From Piromyces finnis finn (Eukaryota > Fungi > Neocallimastigomycota), in NCBI GenBank assembly GCA_002104945.1, contig MCFH01000088.1, positions 62,001 through 126,000 of the forward strand: 64,000 nt of DNA, given 5' to 3'. Both the position numbers and the translations under genes were made by a program. This document shows positions 15,501-34,034 of this stretch, in pieces. The notes under the pieces are model-generated. The model was given only the letters and a program-made list of their open reading frames with translations. It was not told the DNA's origin and ran no database searches. Every line of letters starts with the position of its first letter. The first letter of the stretch is position 1.

Positions 15501-15790
15501 GAATAAAAAAAAATTTTTCATAATTATTTAATTAAATCAATAGGATACCAACACTATTTGAATATGATGAAATAAGGCAAGAAAAAAATGATAACTCTTT
15601 AGCATCAATTATGTGTAATAATATTATTGAATTAAGAACAATTCAAGCCCTATTTTATAAAATTCAAGCAAAACAGGTAGGTTTACTATAAAATAAAAAT
15701 ATATATAAATATCAGTAATTAAAATATAACAAATATTTAATTATTAAATATTACATTTTATTGTTTATATCATTAATTATATTATATTTT

Positions 15791-15882
<92 letters not shown>

Positions 15883-17804
15883 TACATTTAAGATTGGTAA
15901 TGAAGTTCCTCCAACTTCAGTGATTCCAAATCTATTCGAAGAATCTGAGAGAAAGTTTATACCAGAATCATTGCCACCCTTAACCATGAATGAAAGAACC
16001 GGTCGTATTTTATTAAAAAAATATATATCTGAAATTTTTGCACATACTGGTTTTGACAGTAAACTATTATAAAAATATAATATTGTTGAATTATTATTAT
16101 TATTAATGTTAGTTATGTTTATTCAAAAATATATTAATTTTTATTCTTGTATACTTTAAAAAATAATATTTTAATTAGTGACACAAAAAGAAGCTTTAGA
16201 AATAGCAATTGATGTTCTAATTCAATACATACACAATATAGGGCATTCATTAAAATTATATATAGATCAGTTTTCTAAAGATACAGACTTTTTGGTAGAT
16301 ATATTTTATTAAAATATTAGAAAAAAGGGGAAAAAAAATTAATATTTTTCTTTATTGTGTTAATATATTTATATTAGACTATTCTTGAAAAAGTTTTGGA
16401 AATTAATCAATGTAATCCAAAAAGTCTTTATTATCATATGAAAACTGGTATTCAAAAATTCAGTGTAAAATTAGTTGATTTAAGAAAGAAGCTTGATTAT
16501 ACTTATAAAGACTTATGTTCCGTAAGTTTATATTTTTAAAAAAATTTAATATAAATTATATTGTAATCATTATAGTATATTGATAAATTTTAATTTATAT
16601 AATTAAATTAACAGCAAAGAAACCAATCTATGTATGATGAAGATGGTTTTATGGATGATGATGATGCATTTATTAGGTAAAATGAAATATTTAGTCTTTT
16701 AAAAAAACAATTATAATATCATTAGTATTTTATTAATTTTGAAGTTTATATAACCTTTCATTATAAAATAAAAGTGGTAACTTTGGTGAAGATATTGGAA
16801 TCGATTTCTTTGGTTTTAAGCAAATGGGAATTGATATTTCAAATGTAAGTATTTCGTTTTTAAAAAAATTTTAAATATGATAGAAACTAATATTTTTTAA
16901 ATAATATAATAATTAGATACCTACTGAATTATGGAGAAAAAAAGCAGATCATCCAATTAGAAGTAGAATTAGACAAGCAAGGAGGTTTTTATTGAATAAT
17001 ATACATTTATAAATATTCTCTTATTATATAACTCATTAAAAAAATTTTTTTTTTTTTTATTTTTACAAATAAAATTAATTTAAGATATAACTATGGTTTT
17101 TCTCAACCAAGTATTATAAGAACTCTATATATATATATAATGTTTATTATTGTTATTTTAGCCATATTTATTTATTGTCATTATAAATAAAAATTTTAGG
17201 CCAACCAAGTGTTACTACCTATCAAGCTGCACCAAAATTCAAACCGATTGTCGATGTTAATACTCAAGTTATTGGGTTATTAAAACCATACTATGAGAAG
17301 AAAATTATTGAAAATGATATGGTTGAGGTATAATTAAATATATTATGTTATAATTAAATCCTAATTATGTTAATAAGCTAATAAATTATATATAATTTAA
17401 AGGATGAAAACAAACCTTCTAGATTACGTTCAAAAATAATGAGAAATAAAGCTGCTCTTAAAAAGAAAAGAGATGAAGAAGATAATCGTAGACATAAAGA
17501 AAAGGAGCAAATTAAAAAGGAATTAAAAATAACAGAAAATAAAGAAGAAAAGGGTAAAAATAAAAATGAATCCCATGAATCTATTGTTAAAAAAGAAGTT
17601 AAAATACCTTCTGGAACTACTACTGTCAATTCAATACCAAAACCGGAAACACCATTATCAACAACTGATAAAATCTCTGAAAAGATAAATCCTGAAACAC
17701 CATCATCTACTGATAAGAATGAACAAAATGATAATAAGAGAAAAAGATATGAAAATATAGAAACTGACTCTACACCAAAAAAAATCAAAATTGAACCTAA
17801 ATAA
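12525..17804 (+). CDS. SPT7: SAGA complex bromodomain subunit Spt7, multi-exon
   Basis: [12 protein letters not shown]; [75 protein letters not shown] (bromodomain); histone-fold-like IFAHTGFD segment; stop 17802-17804. The start codon is tentative. Confidence 0.85.
15791..15880. repeat. (TTAT)n microsatellite in an SPT7 intron
   Basis: Visible tandem array. Confidence 0.9.
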
Positions 17805-18610
17805 AATATTTTCATTAGAAGAAGACAAATTATTTTTCATAGATTTTTTATTTTAGGAAATTTAAAAAAAAAAAAAGTTTTATATTTTTTTATTTAATAC
17901 ACGAAATTAATGTAATATATAAATCCATTAAATATGATATATCTGTTATAGAACAAAATATTTTAATGTCAATTATATATATTTTATATTAAAATTATAA
18001 ATAAAATTAAAATTATATAAAAACAATATGGATTAGGGTATATAAATTCATTTTAGTCATTTTTTTTATTATTAAAAAGTTATTAATAATCTTAATAATT
18101 ATTATAGATGAATGATCTTTATAATTCTAGTATTATAATTAGATAATTATTTATTGAATAAGTCACATTGGTATAAGCAAGCAAGAGAAATTTGTATTAT
18201 CGAAAAAGTATTTTGTTTTTTAATAAAAACAATATAAGATGAGAGATAAATGATGAGATTGAAATATAATAAATATAATTTACAATAAAAATTTATTTCA
18301 CTTAAAATTTTATTCATAAACTAAACCTTACCAAAAATAAAGTCACATGCTTTTATTTATATTATATATAAAAAAAATAAATTTTTATTTTGTGCAACCA
18401 AATTTTATTTTAATTCGGAGATTAAATTCTTGCTTGTTATAATTATTATTAAAGTATAATTAATAATAAGTATTTCAATTTATATTTTTAGTTGTTGTGA
18501 CATTTTAAGATATAATAACAATTTATTGATATTTCATTAACACTGAATATTATCATTAAATAAATTAATTTATATATCAAAAAATTAAAAAGAATATATA
18601 TTAAATAAAG

Positions 18611-20091
18611 ATGTCTGATACTGAATCTAACGAAGAAGAATTCAAGGAAACCATTGGTGTATGTTTAAAAAAAAAAAAAACTTCTTAAATATAAATGTTT
18701 GCAAGATATTTTAAATTAAAATGCCAATTATTAACATATAGTAATTATATTTTTTTAAAATAATTCATTTGATAAAGACATATGAAGGTGAAAGAAACGA
18801 TGCTAAAGAAAGACATGGAAAAGGAAAAATGTTATTTAAAAACAATGAACTTGTAATTATTCTTTTAACAATATTACTATAAAGATTGCAGTAGATTTAT
18901 ATATATAATGGAATGTAAATGAAAAAATATTAAAAAGAATTATATATAATTACTATTATTATTTTCATTACTTTTTTATTCTATCCTTGTAATCAAATAA
19001 ATAGTATACTGGAATGTATCAAAATGGAAAAAGGTAAGTTTATTTATATATATTATGAAGTATGTATATTCTCATTTATAATTATTAATTATAATTATTA
19101 TTTTTTATATTATTTCAATTTTTTTTATAATTCATTGTGTTATGATAATATTTAGAGAAGGATACGGAGTATATAAATTTAAAAATGGGGCAAAATATTC
19201 AGGAAATTATGTTAATAACTTAAGAGAAGGTGAAGGAACATTTTTATATCCAGATGGTTCAAAATACCAAGGTATGTTTATACAAGATTAAAGATAATAC
19301 CTTAATATACATTATTATTAAATATTAAAAATAGTTAATTTGTAATATCAAAAATAAATTATTATAAGATAAATTTAATAAAAGAATTTTTATTAAAATA
19401 TATAATTAAAAAAAAAATAGGAACATTTAAAGAAGGAAAGAGAAGTGGTTTTGGAAGATATATTTATACTAATGGTGATTATGTATGATACAATGTATAT
19501 TAATATTTTTTATATTAGTATTTTTAAAAGTTAATAATATATATATATAATATTTTTATAATGTTGAACTTAAAAATTAAAGTATGAAGGAGAATGGAAT
19601 GAAGATATGAAAAATGGAAAAGGAACATACACTTTCCTTGCAACAGGAAGCAAAGTAAAAAGAAAAAAAAAATATATACATTGATTTTAATATATTATTA
19701 GTATTTAATAAAATAGCATACTTAAAGTATAACTATTAATGAAAATATTTCTTGAAAATTTTTATATAAATATATTCGAATTTATAGAAAAATGGTATAT
19801 GGAAAAATGGTGTATTGACAGATGAAGGTAATATTTATTTTAAATTACGAAATTATTATTATCCTAAATTAATAATAATGGTTAATTTCGAAACTAAAAT
19901 AAACCCATTTGACTATCATTACAGGCCAAATTATACATGCAGACCAAAGAATTATTGGAAAATTCGTAAATAATGATTATATGAATGTACCAGCAAAAAT
20001 ACAATATAGAAGCACATTATATCAAATAGAAATCAATAATCCAAATTTATTAGGACAAAATCCACTAGAAAATGCAACAGAAGAAGATTAA
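18611..20091 (+). CDS. RSPH1: Radial spoke head 1 homolog (MORN repeats), multi-exon
   Basis: [32 protein letters not shown]; MORN repeats [60 protein letters not shown]. Confidence 0.88.
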
Positions 20092-20597
20092 TTTATTAAT
20101 TAATAAAACATTTATGATAAATAATAATAAAAAAAGTAGTTGAATTTTAAAAAAAAAAAATAATAGTAATAATTACAAAAAATAGATAATATCTATTTCT
20201 ATATTTCAATAGAAAAATATATATATATATCTTTTACATTTCAGTTATATAATATTAAATGTATTTTTTTAAAAAAAAAATTAAATAAAAATATTTTTTT
20301 ATAATCTGTTAAAAATTCTTGAAATTTTAATTTTTAAATTAAAATTATTGGATAATAATATATAGTAAATATATTAGCAATATATTAAAATTAATAATTT
20401 AGTTTATTGGTAATAATCAGAAATTTTAATTTTTTTTTTTTTTTGTAAATTTAAAAGTTTATTATTAAGAAAGAAGTAATAGAAGATATAATATTATCAT
20501 TAATAGAAATAAAAAAGAATCAAAGAGTTTATATTTATATATACTTATATCATTATTATTATTAAACTATATTATTTTATAACCGAAGAAATACAAA

Positions 20598-23049
20598 ATG
20601 GAATTAGATACAGAGAATCAAAAAGAAATTATTGAGAGCAATATCAAGAATCATAAAAAAGAGAATAAAGAAAAGAAACATAAAAAAAAAGAAAAGCATT
20701 TAAATGAAAATAAGGACAAAAAAGACAAAACCAAAAAAGAAAAGAAAAAAGAAAAAAGAAAAGAAAAGGAAAATAGAAAAAGAGAAGAAGAAAAATTAAA
20801 TGTAGCAGAAGAAAATAATAATAATAAAAAGCGTAAATTAGAAAGTAATGATGATGATAAAAGTCATAAAAAGCATAAAAGTAAAAAAGATAAGCATAAG
20901 AAAAAAGATAAAAAAAAGAGTGACAAAAAAGAAAAGCATAAATTAAATCTTTTATCACCTGAAATTCAAAATTCTGAAATTAAAGAAAATGTTGTTTCAA
21001 ATAATAATGTGAAAGAAAAACAAAATACAAGTATACCCAATGATATAACATCTTCTAAGAGGTACATTAAACCTAATATAAAAATTAATTTTCTAATATG
21101 AGAATTTTCATAATTATATAATTTTATTTATACTGATTTTAATTCAAATTCAATAAATTCGAACAATTTATTTATATTTATTGTAATATAAATCTAGTTC
21201 TGAAAAATTAAGAGATAATACAGTCAATTCAATTTCAAACATCACAATAGATAATTCTAAAAAAGCAAATGATAACGTTGAAAATAAAAGTGCAGAAAAA
21301 GAAAGTAATGGTTTATTTTTATTAAATTTTATAAAAAATGTTAATAGTTTTATTTATTTTATAATACTAATCTTAAATAATTAATTAAAAAAATAAAAAT
21401 ATTGCTAATAAAAGATTTAAATCCAGAGCTCAATATTAATATAAATGGAAATAATAATAATAACAATAATAATAATGGGGTAAATATTTACTTGTCAGTC
21501 CATTATTCATTTGTTTATTAAAAGTATCTAATTCTAATATTTTGTTATATTTTAAACTAAATAAAAATAATTTAGGAAAAAAGTACAGTAAGAAGACAAG
21601 ATATTCATTACAAACGTGATGAAGTTGCTGAAAAAAAACTTAAAACTATACATGAAAATGCACCATCAGAATTAACTTCTAAATGGAGAAAATATGAAAA
21701 TCTTAAAAATACCGGATTATCGATTGTAATGAAAAAAGGTCCATTCTCTAATGAAGAAAAAGATATCTTAAAAAAAGCTGTTGAAAGTTACTTGGAAATG
21801 CATAATATTGATAAAAGTTTGGTTTTATGTTTAATCTTTAAGAGACAATATAAAGATAATAATATTTTAGATATGAAGAAGCATAAAGATTTTTGGAAAT
21901 ATGTTTCACAATCTCTTCCTAATCGTTCTACAGAAGCATCCTATAAATGTGTTACCCGAATGTATCATCCTGATAACTTTAATGGAAAATTTACAGAAAA
22001 AGATGATCAAGAAATCTTAAGATTATATAGTATTTATGGACCTTCATGGAAAAAAATTGGAGAAATGATTGGTAGAATGGGAACCGCTGTAAAAGATCGT
22101 TATAATTCAATACAAACAAAGTCATTTACAGGTAAATTATTTAGAAATTTAAATAGAAAATAATAAATTATATTTAAAAAAAAATAATTATTCATTCATA
22201 TAATATAAACATATATATTGATATTTATTTACAATAGGCTATGGTAATTGGACAAAAGAAGAAGACAAATTATTTAAAGAAATCGTTAATGATTTACATT
22301 CAAAAAATAAATTTGTTGATGGTATGCCTTTATTTACAGAGGTTTCTAAAAGAATGAAAACTCGTTCTCCAAAGCAATGTTATGACCATTGGTAAGTTAT
22401 ATATAAGATTTTGTTGTAAAAATTAAAATATATTAATATAATAATACAATAACACAATACTAGGGCATTTACAAGAAAAGATTTTGTTGAAGGAATAAAG
22501 TACCCATTGACTATGATCGATCGTCGAAACTATTTAGAAAAGTATGATAATATATATATATATATATAACTATAGTTATAAAATTTTATTAATCTATATA
22601 TTTATAATTAATGATAAAGATTATCAAAACTTTTTGTTCAAGACGAAACCAATGTTGATTGGAAATTAGTTTCGGATTCAAGTAAACCATGGTAATTAAT
22701 AATAATAATAGTAATAATAATGCAATAATAAAATGATGTGATGAATAAAAATTATTAATAAAATGCCAAATTTATAATTGATGAAACAGGAAACCATTTA
22801 TTTATTCAAGAGATTTTGCAAAGAGTAAAAGTAAATATATAGAAAATACAGAAAATATGACATTCACAGGTAAGTCCCTAAATATAAAAAGTATAATTAT
22901 TTAATACATTAATAATTCTAAAATCATAATATAAAAAAAAATTACATCTTTCTATAGAATGCATCAAAAAAATGTTAAATGCTGTTAATGAAGAAATTTC
23001 AAATGACAGTAATTATGCTATAGTAGAAGAAAGGGATATTGAAGAGTAA
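20598..23049 (+). CDS. Myb/SANT-repeat DNA-binding protein, Reb1/Nsi1/TTF1/DMTF1-like, with Lys-rich N-terminus
   Basis: KKGPFSNEEKDILKKAVESY..FWKYVSQSLPNRS..GKFTEKDDQEILRLYSIYGPSWKKIGEMIGRMGTAVKDRY; next repeat GNWTKEEDKLF; stop 23047-23049. Confidence 0.75.
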
Positions 23050-23525
23050 ATAATAAGGAATACAACTATTTAATTCGACATTGTATATCATAAATAGACA
23101 TTAATAATAGATTCAACTTTTTAAATATATAATTTTTCTAATGAATATGAATATATATATTATTTAAAATATATTTATGAAATAAAACTAATTTAAAAAT
23201 ATATTCAAACTTTTAAATATATATATTTCATACTATTAAATCCTTAATAGATAAATAAAATATTAGTAATAAAAATAACAATAATAATAATAAAATATGT
23301 TTATTTTATTTCTTATTTATATTGATTTTCGTTATTTTTATATTTATTTATTTTTTATTTTATTATTATTATAAATTTTTACATTATTTGTTTTTTATTG
23401 TCTTTTTTTTATATATAATGTATTATATTTGTTTATGATTTTTCTTTCATTATAATTGATTTGTGTTTTGTTTTTTATAATTGATTTTTTTTTTTACAAT
23501 AATTGGTTAATTATTAACACTTTAT

Positions 23526-25520
23526 TTAACCAGCATGTTCAACTGGCTTAGTAACTAATTCACCATCAATAAGCTTAGTCTTGAATTGTTCTGGAATTGG
23601 AATTTCAGTCCAATCATCATCCTTTTCAAACATAACATTCATTTCAGAACTCTTACTGCTGAAGATTTCGACAACTTCACCACATTCTTTACTTAAATAT
23701 AATTGACAACCATCAGTCTTGTCAACACTAACAGTTGGAGCTTTTTCTCTGATTTGAAGTTGAACAGACTTAGCATTGACAATATCAACAGCAGAAACAA
23801 CAGAATCAATAACAATACCGGTCTTCTTACAGTTATCAATAGTAATGGCATTAACCTTACCCTTAATTTGAATTGTGGAATCAACACAGTTGTAAATATA
23901 TACTAAATGTCTAATTTCAGTGTTTTCAATAATAATATTCTTGTTTCCAACAAAGTTTTCCTATAATACAATATTATAATCCAATAAATTATATAATTAT
24001 TAATATTTATTATAATTAAAAATAATATATGCCTATATTTAAAAACTCACAATTGACCATTTATTTCCTTCGAGAACTTGTCTAGATGGCTTAGAAGAAA
24101 CTTCAGCAACTTTAGTTGATTCAGCAGAAGCCTTAACAATATTAGAAACTGGCTTTTGCTTTCTTTCGGATGGGTCAACCTTTCTTAAACCAGAAGTAAC
24201 ACCTTCACCACGGTTTAATTCAGCAAATAATTTACTAGCATCTGGCTTAGCAGCTGGGGCAGCGGCTGGAGCTGGAGCTGGGGCAGCAGCTGGAGTAGCA
24301 GCTAATGTTATTTATATAAATAAAAATAAAAATTTAATATTTAATATATTGATAACATAAATTACATAATATTTAAATATGGAATATATGTACTCTTAGC
24401 ATCAGCAACATTTCCACCCTATTATTTTCCGATTATTGAATTAAATTGATAATATATTTGGAGAAAATATATATTAATATTTATTTAAAAATATAAAATA
24501 ATATAACCTTTATTAAAAAAGAAAAAAAAAATTGTTTTTACCTTTGGATTCCAAGCAAGACCAGTAGTATGGTGCTTCTTAACGTAATCCTTTAATTCAT
24601 TTAAGATTTGAGTGTAAGCAGCTGTCCATTCAACGTGAATCTTTTCCCTATTTAGAAATAATTATTTTTGAAAAATAATAAATATTACTTTCTTTTATAT
24701 CACTAAATAAAAGTATGTTTCTTTTTTTTATATCCTATTACTTTTCTTTAAATTCCTTCATAACACGAATAATATAATATTGAGCTGCATTAATATTTTC
24801 TTCTAAGTAAGAAGTTGGAGATGGTTCCTTTTTTACATATGATAATATTTAATTTATTTTTTTTTTTTTAAATAAAAAAAATAATTAATTTTATTTTTTT
24901 CACTATTCATATCTTTAATATATATATTAATACTTACAACCATAACCCATCCAAGAGCTAAAATACTTTCACTAAGAGTAGATAAATGGTTGTATAATTT
25001 AGATTGTCTGTTTTGTTCACGAACATTACAAACTTGGTTCATAGAAAGCTTAATTGGGTTAATTAATTCAGTGAATGTTTCTTGGTCTGGCTTCTTTGAT
25101 TTAGAAGCAGTAACAATAAGTTGGCGTTGAGCCTTTAAAGCTTGAATAAAGAATTCGCACTAAATAGTCATTCATATAAAGTTTTCCAACGAATTTATTA
25201 ATAAATACCAATATAAAATAAATATTTTAATATTATAAATAACAATTAACAAATTATATATAAATGAATTTATAATATATTCTTACTTGCTCTTTAACTG
25301 GACTACCAATATTATTAGAGAGTTCAATAAACTTTTGAACACTACCGTTCATAATATCGTCAAAAGCTTGAACAGCTGGAGTATTGTCTGAAGCAGCAGT
25401 AGCACTGTCAGAAGCAGCAGAACCGCTTTGACCAAAATTAGTATTCTTAGCAAGTTCTTCTAAACGAATAGTAGCAGTTTCTAAACGTTTAATAATGTTA
25501 TCAAGATTTGATTCAGCCAT
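23526..25520 (-). CDS. SRV2: Adenylyl cyclase-associated protein (CAP/Srv2), multi-exon
   Basis: MAESNLDNIIKRLETATIRLEEL N-terminus; HLSTLSESILALGWV; HHTTGLAWNP; FAELNRGEGVTSGLRKVDPS; C-terminus KTKLIDGELVTKPVEHAG*. Confidence 0.93.
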
Positions 25521-25587
25521 TTCAAATTATATTCTATTATTTATAAAATATTATCAATATTAATATAATATAAATTATTAGAAATCA

Positions 25588-25588
<1 letters not shown>

Positions 25589-25683
<95 letters not shown>
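25589..25683. repeat. (TTA)n microsatellite just upstream of CAP
   Basis: Pure trinucleotide array. Confidence 0.95.
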
Positions 25684-26000
25684 CGTTGTTGTTAAAAATT
25701 TATATAAGTTTTATTCAATATAATCTTCTCTTATTATTTTTAACTCTAACAAATGATCATTTATATTGTAAATCCTATTCTTTAATAAATATTTTTTTGT
25801 ATTTTCCATCTTAATATATCACAATTACATATAATGTTTTTTATTTGTTTTTCATTTTTGTTTAAAAAAAAAAAAAAAAAAAAAAATGTATAATGTATAT
25901 AATGTATATATATCTATATGAAATATATGAATTAATAAAAAACTATAATGTTTGTTTTTTTTATTTATTATTATCATTTGTTTTTTTCTTCATTATTGTT

Positions 26001-26110
26001 GTTTTGTTTTTGTTTTTGTTTTTGTTTTTGTTTTTGTTTTTGTTTTTGTTTTTGTTTTTGTTTTTTTGTTCGTTTGTTTGTTTGTTTGTCTGTTTTTTGT
26101 TTTTGTTTTT
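26001..26110. repeat. (GTTTTT)n/(GTTT)n simple repeat
   Basis: Visible tandem array. It generates the spurious ORFs 25893-26171 and 25952-26137. Confidence 0.9.
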
Positions 26111-26864
26111 TTATTTTTTAAATTGTTTATTTTATAAATATAATAAAATCTTTTACTTTATAAATTTATGATTTATACAAATATATTTCTATTAAAGTTA
26201 AATATATTGTTATTATTACTACTATTGTTATTTTTTTTAAATGATAATGAAATAAGAATATAATTGTTTTATATATAAATTACAAATTATTTTTATTCTT
26301 ATAATCAATTACCTATATTTTTTTCTTATTTAAAAAATATATTTTTAAAAGAAAATTACTATAATAATTTTTTTTTTTTTTTGAAATTATAAATAACTAT
26401 TCAAATATAAAATAAATTATAATATATTAAAATTATAAAAACTTTAAAAATAAATAATGCATAAGCAAAATTATTCCTTTTAAATAATATTTGATATTCA
26501 AAATAATAGTGTAGTTTTTATATATCAAATATAGTAATAAATGAATAGGTTAAAATTATTTATACTTTTTCACTTTTTATATTATTATTACTATTATTGT
26601 AGTAAATATTATAGCAAAGTCTTTTATTATTATTAATTATTATTTATTATTACATTTATTGATTATGTTTATTTTTATTATTTGTTATTTCCATTTTTCT
26701 ATTATTAAATTAATCATAAGATGTATTATCCATAAATGTAAATAAATGTATTTATAATATTTATAATATATATTACATAAACAAAGTAAAATTCTTACTT
26801 TTTAATATAAATAAAAAAAAAATTTTTTTTTATATTTAATCAAAGAAAAGGTAGTAAATCTGTT

Positions 26865-26895
<31 letters not shown>

Positions 26896-28186
26896 ACCAA
26901 GAAAGGATTTATAGGAAACATGATAAAAGATATTGTCAATAATGATTCATACAAAAACTATTCATAGATAATTATAAAATAATTTCATATAATAGAAATA
27001 TTTCTTATATATATGAAATTAGTAAAACTTTAACAAAACTTTATGCGTACTATAAATAAAGTAGTATAATAAAACACAAAATAAATAAATTAGAAAAAAA
27101 AAAAAAAAAAAAGACAATCATGTTTTTGTTTATTTTTTTATTTTTTTTTTTTGTTTTTTTGTTTTTTGTTTTTTGTTTTCTTTAAACTTGTAGTTTCATT
27201 GACAAGTATTTAAAATTAAAATAAACATTATAAATACGATACTATTAATATAAATGTTAGTGTATTGCTACATGTATTTTTAATTGTTAATAGTATTAAT
27301 ACTTAAAAAAAAATTAAATATTTTCTAAAATATATATATATATAAAAGAGAAAAAAAAATACTGTTTTTAATTTATATATTGATTATAATATGAAATAAT
27401 AGGTATAATAATTAATGTTATATACATAGATATGGCTTTAATTAGTAAATAAATAATTAATACTCTCTTTTTCATTATTTTTCCTTTTAAATTCAATCAT
27501 TAAAATTTTAATATACTTAATTACAAATATATATATATATATATATATATGATAATTAAAACATTAAATCTAATATTTTCTATATAAATAAATTATATAA
27601 AAATAGGAAGAAATTATAACGTAAAATAAAAATTGAAATATTTTTAAATATAAAAAAAAAAAAGTATAATTGAATTAAATCAAAAATAGAGTTTTTTTGT
27701 CTATATAGATAATGTGAAATGTGATATATTTAATAATACTTATATTTAAATAAAATAAATGTTTTTTTTTTTTTTTTTTTAATAAAATATTCATAAGAAT
27801 TTACCTTTTATATAAATATTTATATATATTAAGATTGATATATCTTTTACTATTATTATATTAAAGTATTTATATTAATATTAAGCTTACTAAAATATTG
27901 TAATCTTCATTAATCTTGGTTAATAATAAATGTAGTGATAATATTTTAAAATGTAATTTAATGAATTGTAGGAATAAAAAATAATGAATTAATAATAATG
28001 TATAATAAAAATAAATAATAAAAATATATAATTAAAAAAGGATTAGTATATTAATTTAAAGACTTGAATCCTTATTCATTACTTCTTTTTATTTTTTACT
28101 TTTATTAAAACTCTTTTATATTATCATTATAATAAAACATTGATCATATCACTGTATTAAATTATAGTGTAATATTGTTGATAAAT

Positions 28187-31814
<3,628 letters not shown>

Positions 31815-32960
31815 TTTCCTTTTTTTTTTTTTTTTTTGAAATTAAAAATTAATCAATTTAACATAAAAAAATCCACTTAAATGCTTAAATGTTTATTCTT
31901 TGTAATATATATACAATTTGCTTATTGATATTGAGGAATGAGGAATTAATAATAAATAAATAAAAATAAGATTTGAATTTGAAATTTTTTTTAAAAAAAA
32001 AAATGTTTAAATCTTTTATATATTAATGTGAATATGTGTTAACACTGTAAATGCGATTATTAATTAGGTTAAATTGGAATATAATAAATAAAATTAAAAT
32101 ATATAGTGAAAAATGTTTTAAAAATTTATATAAAAATCCCTTTTATATGAAAAACTAATTTGAAATCTACTAATAATAATAAAACAAAAAATCTATTAAA
32201 AAAATAAATATTTATGAATAATTTTTATTAAAATAATTTTTGATAAATCTACAGAAAATTTTTTTTTTTTAGAAAATAATTAATATATTTAAGATAAAAA
32301 AAATATATTTAAATATTTATATCATTCCAATATAATATTAATATTTATAAAAAAAAAAAAAAGTAAAAAAATATATATATTATTTAATCACCTTCTTATA
32401 AAACATAATAATAATAAAAATTTATACACACAAAGACAATAATAGTATTGACAACATAATATCACAAATAATTAATCAACTCTTATTATTCTCTTTTACT
32501 ATTAAAGTCAATTAATTCAAGTTATTATTTCATATAAAAATGAAAATTTAATAACATTAAATTATTTTTTTTTTAATTAATAATTAATTTATATAAATTT
32601 TAAGATTTGTATATTTTAAAAAATATATTATAAATATTGATATTGATATCGTTGTTGTTGATGTATTATTATTTTTATTTTTATTTCTTTGGAGAGAAAA
32701 CTTTATAAATTTCTTTTTACTATACATAATACATTTTATATTACTTAAATAATATTTTTGAATAAGTGAAAACAACTAAATAATTTAAATCCTTTTTATT
32801 ATTAATATTAAAGTATAATAAACCTTTTTTAATAAATGAATATTTATTAATAATTAATTTTGATAGTCTTAAATTAATTTTTTTTTTATTTAATTTGAAA
32901 TTTATTATAATTTCTTCTTCTTCATTTACTGATAAGAAATGAAAAATATAAAAAAATAAT

Positions 32961-32995
<35 letters not shown>

Positions 32996-33232
32996 GTTTT
33001 TATTATAAAATGACCGTTCATTTATTTAATATTAATATATTTTTATCAAATTAATAAATTAATATTTAAATAATAAACATACATAAATTATTTTTCGTTT
33101 TTTTGCCTTTTTTTTTTTTTTTTTTTGGTAATGATCATTAGGCAAGAATATCTGAATTTCAAATGAAAAAGCTCTATTTTTTTTTTTTTTTTAGAAAAAA
33201 TTATTAAATAATCTTTTAATTACTATAGTCAT

Positions 33233-33263
<31 letters not shown>

Positions 33264-34034
33264 GGTATAATAAAAATAATTTATACAAATCAAACTTGAA
33301 AAAGAAAAAAGAAAAAAAAAACATTAGGATTAATTTTTTTATATATATTTTTTATTATTTTTTATTTAAATATTATCTTAAGTGCAATTTAGATTATTTT
33401 TTATAATATTTGAATGCTTGTTAATATATATATTAAATAATATATATATAAGTAAGTAATCATTTCTTTCTACATTTTTATAATAAATTATTATTAAATT
33501 TAAATAAGAGATTTTATATGTATATATTTGAATTTTTTTATGTTTTAAAAAATAATATTTGCAATTATAATTAATGTTGTTGTTGTTGTTTTTGTTGTTT
33601 TTTTTTTTTTTGTTGTTTTTTTTTTTTATTATTTTTTTTTATGTTTTTTTTTTTATGCTTAATGTATTTAAATTGGTGTTGGTGTTGATTTTGTGCAATT
33701 GGAATTTCATTCCTATTAAATGAATAAAATAATGAAATCGTATTTTATTGATTATACTGTTTAAAATAAAAAATACTTATATCAATAATTTTCATTGGAA
33801 TATTAATTTTCATTCTCTTTTTTTTTTTTTTTTTTTATTACTAGCATAATTAGTATTATAATATTAACTATTAGGTTATTTGTTCTTGTTTATTAATTAA
33901 ATAAGTAATGAAGAAAATGTGGTAATATAAATATTTCAAGGTTTATAATAAAAAAAATTAAAATTAAAAAAATTCAGAAATCTTAATAGTCCAAAAAGTA
34001 GTATTCCAGTATTTATTATTTTTTTTCTTTAAAT

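Noticed and set aside
25893-26171. Hydrophobic ORFs on both strands
   Set aside because: They are translations of the (GTTTTT)n simple repeat.
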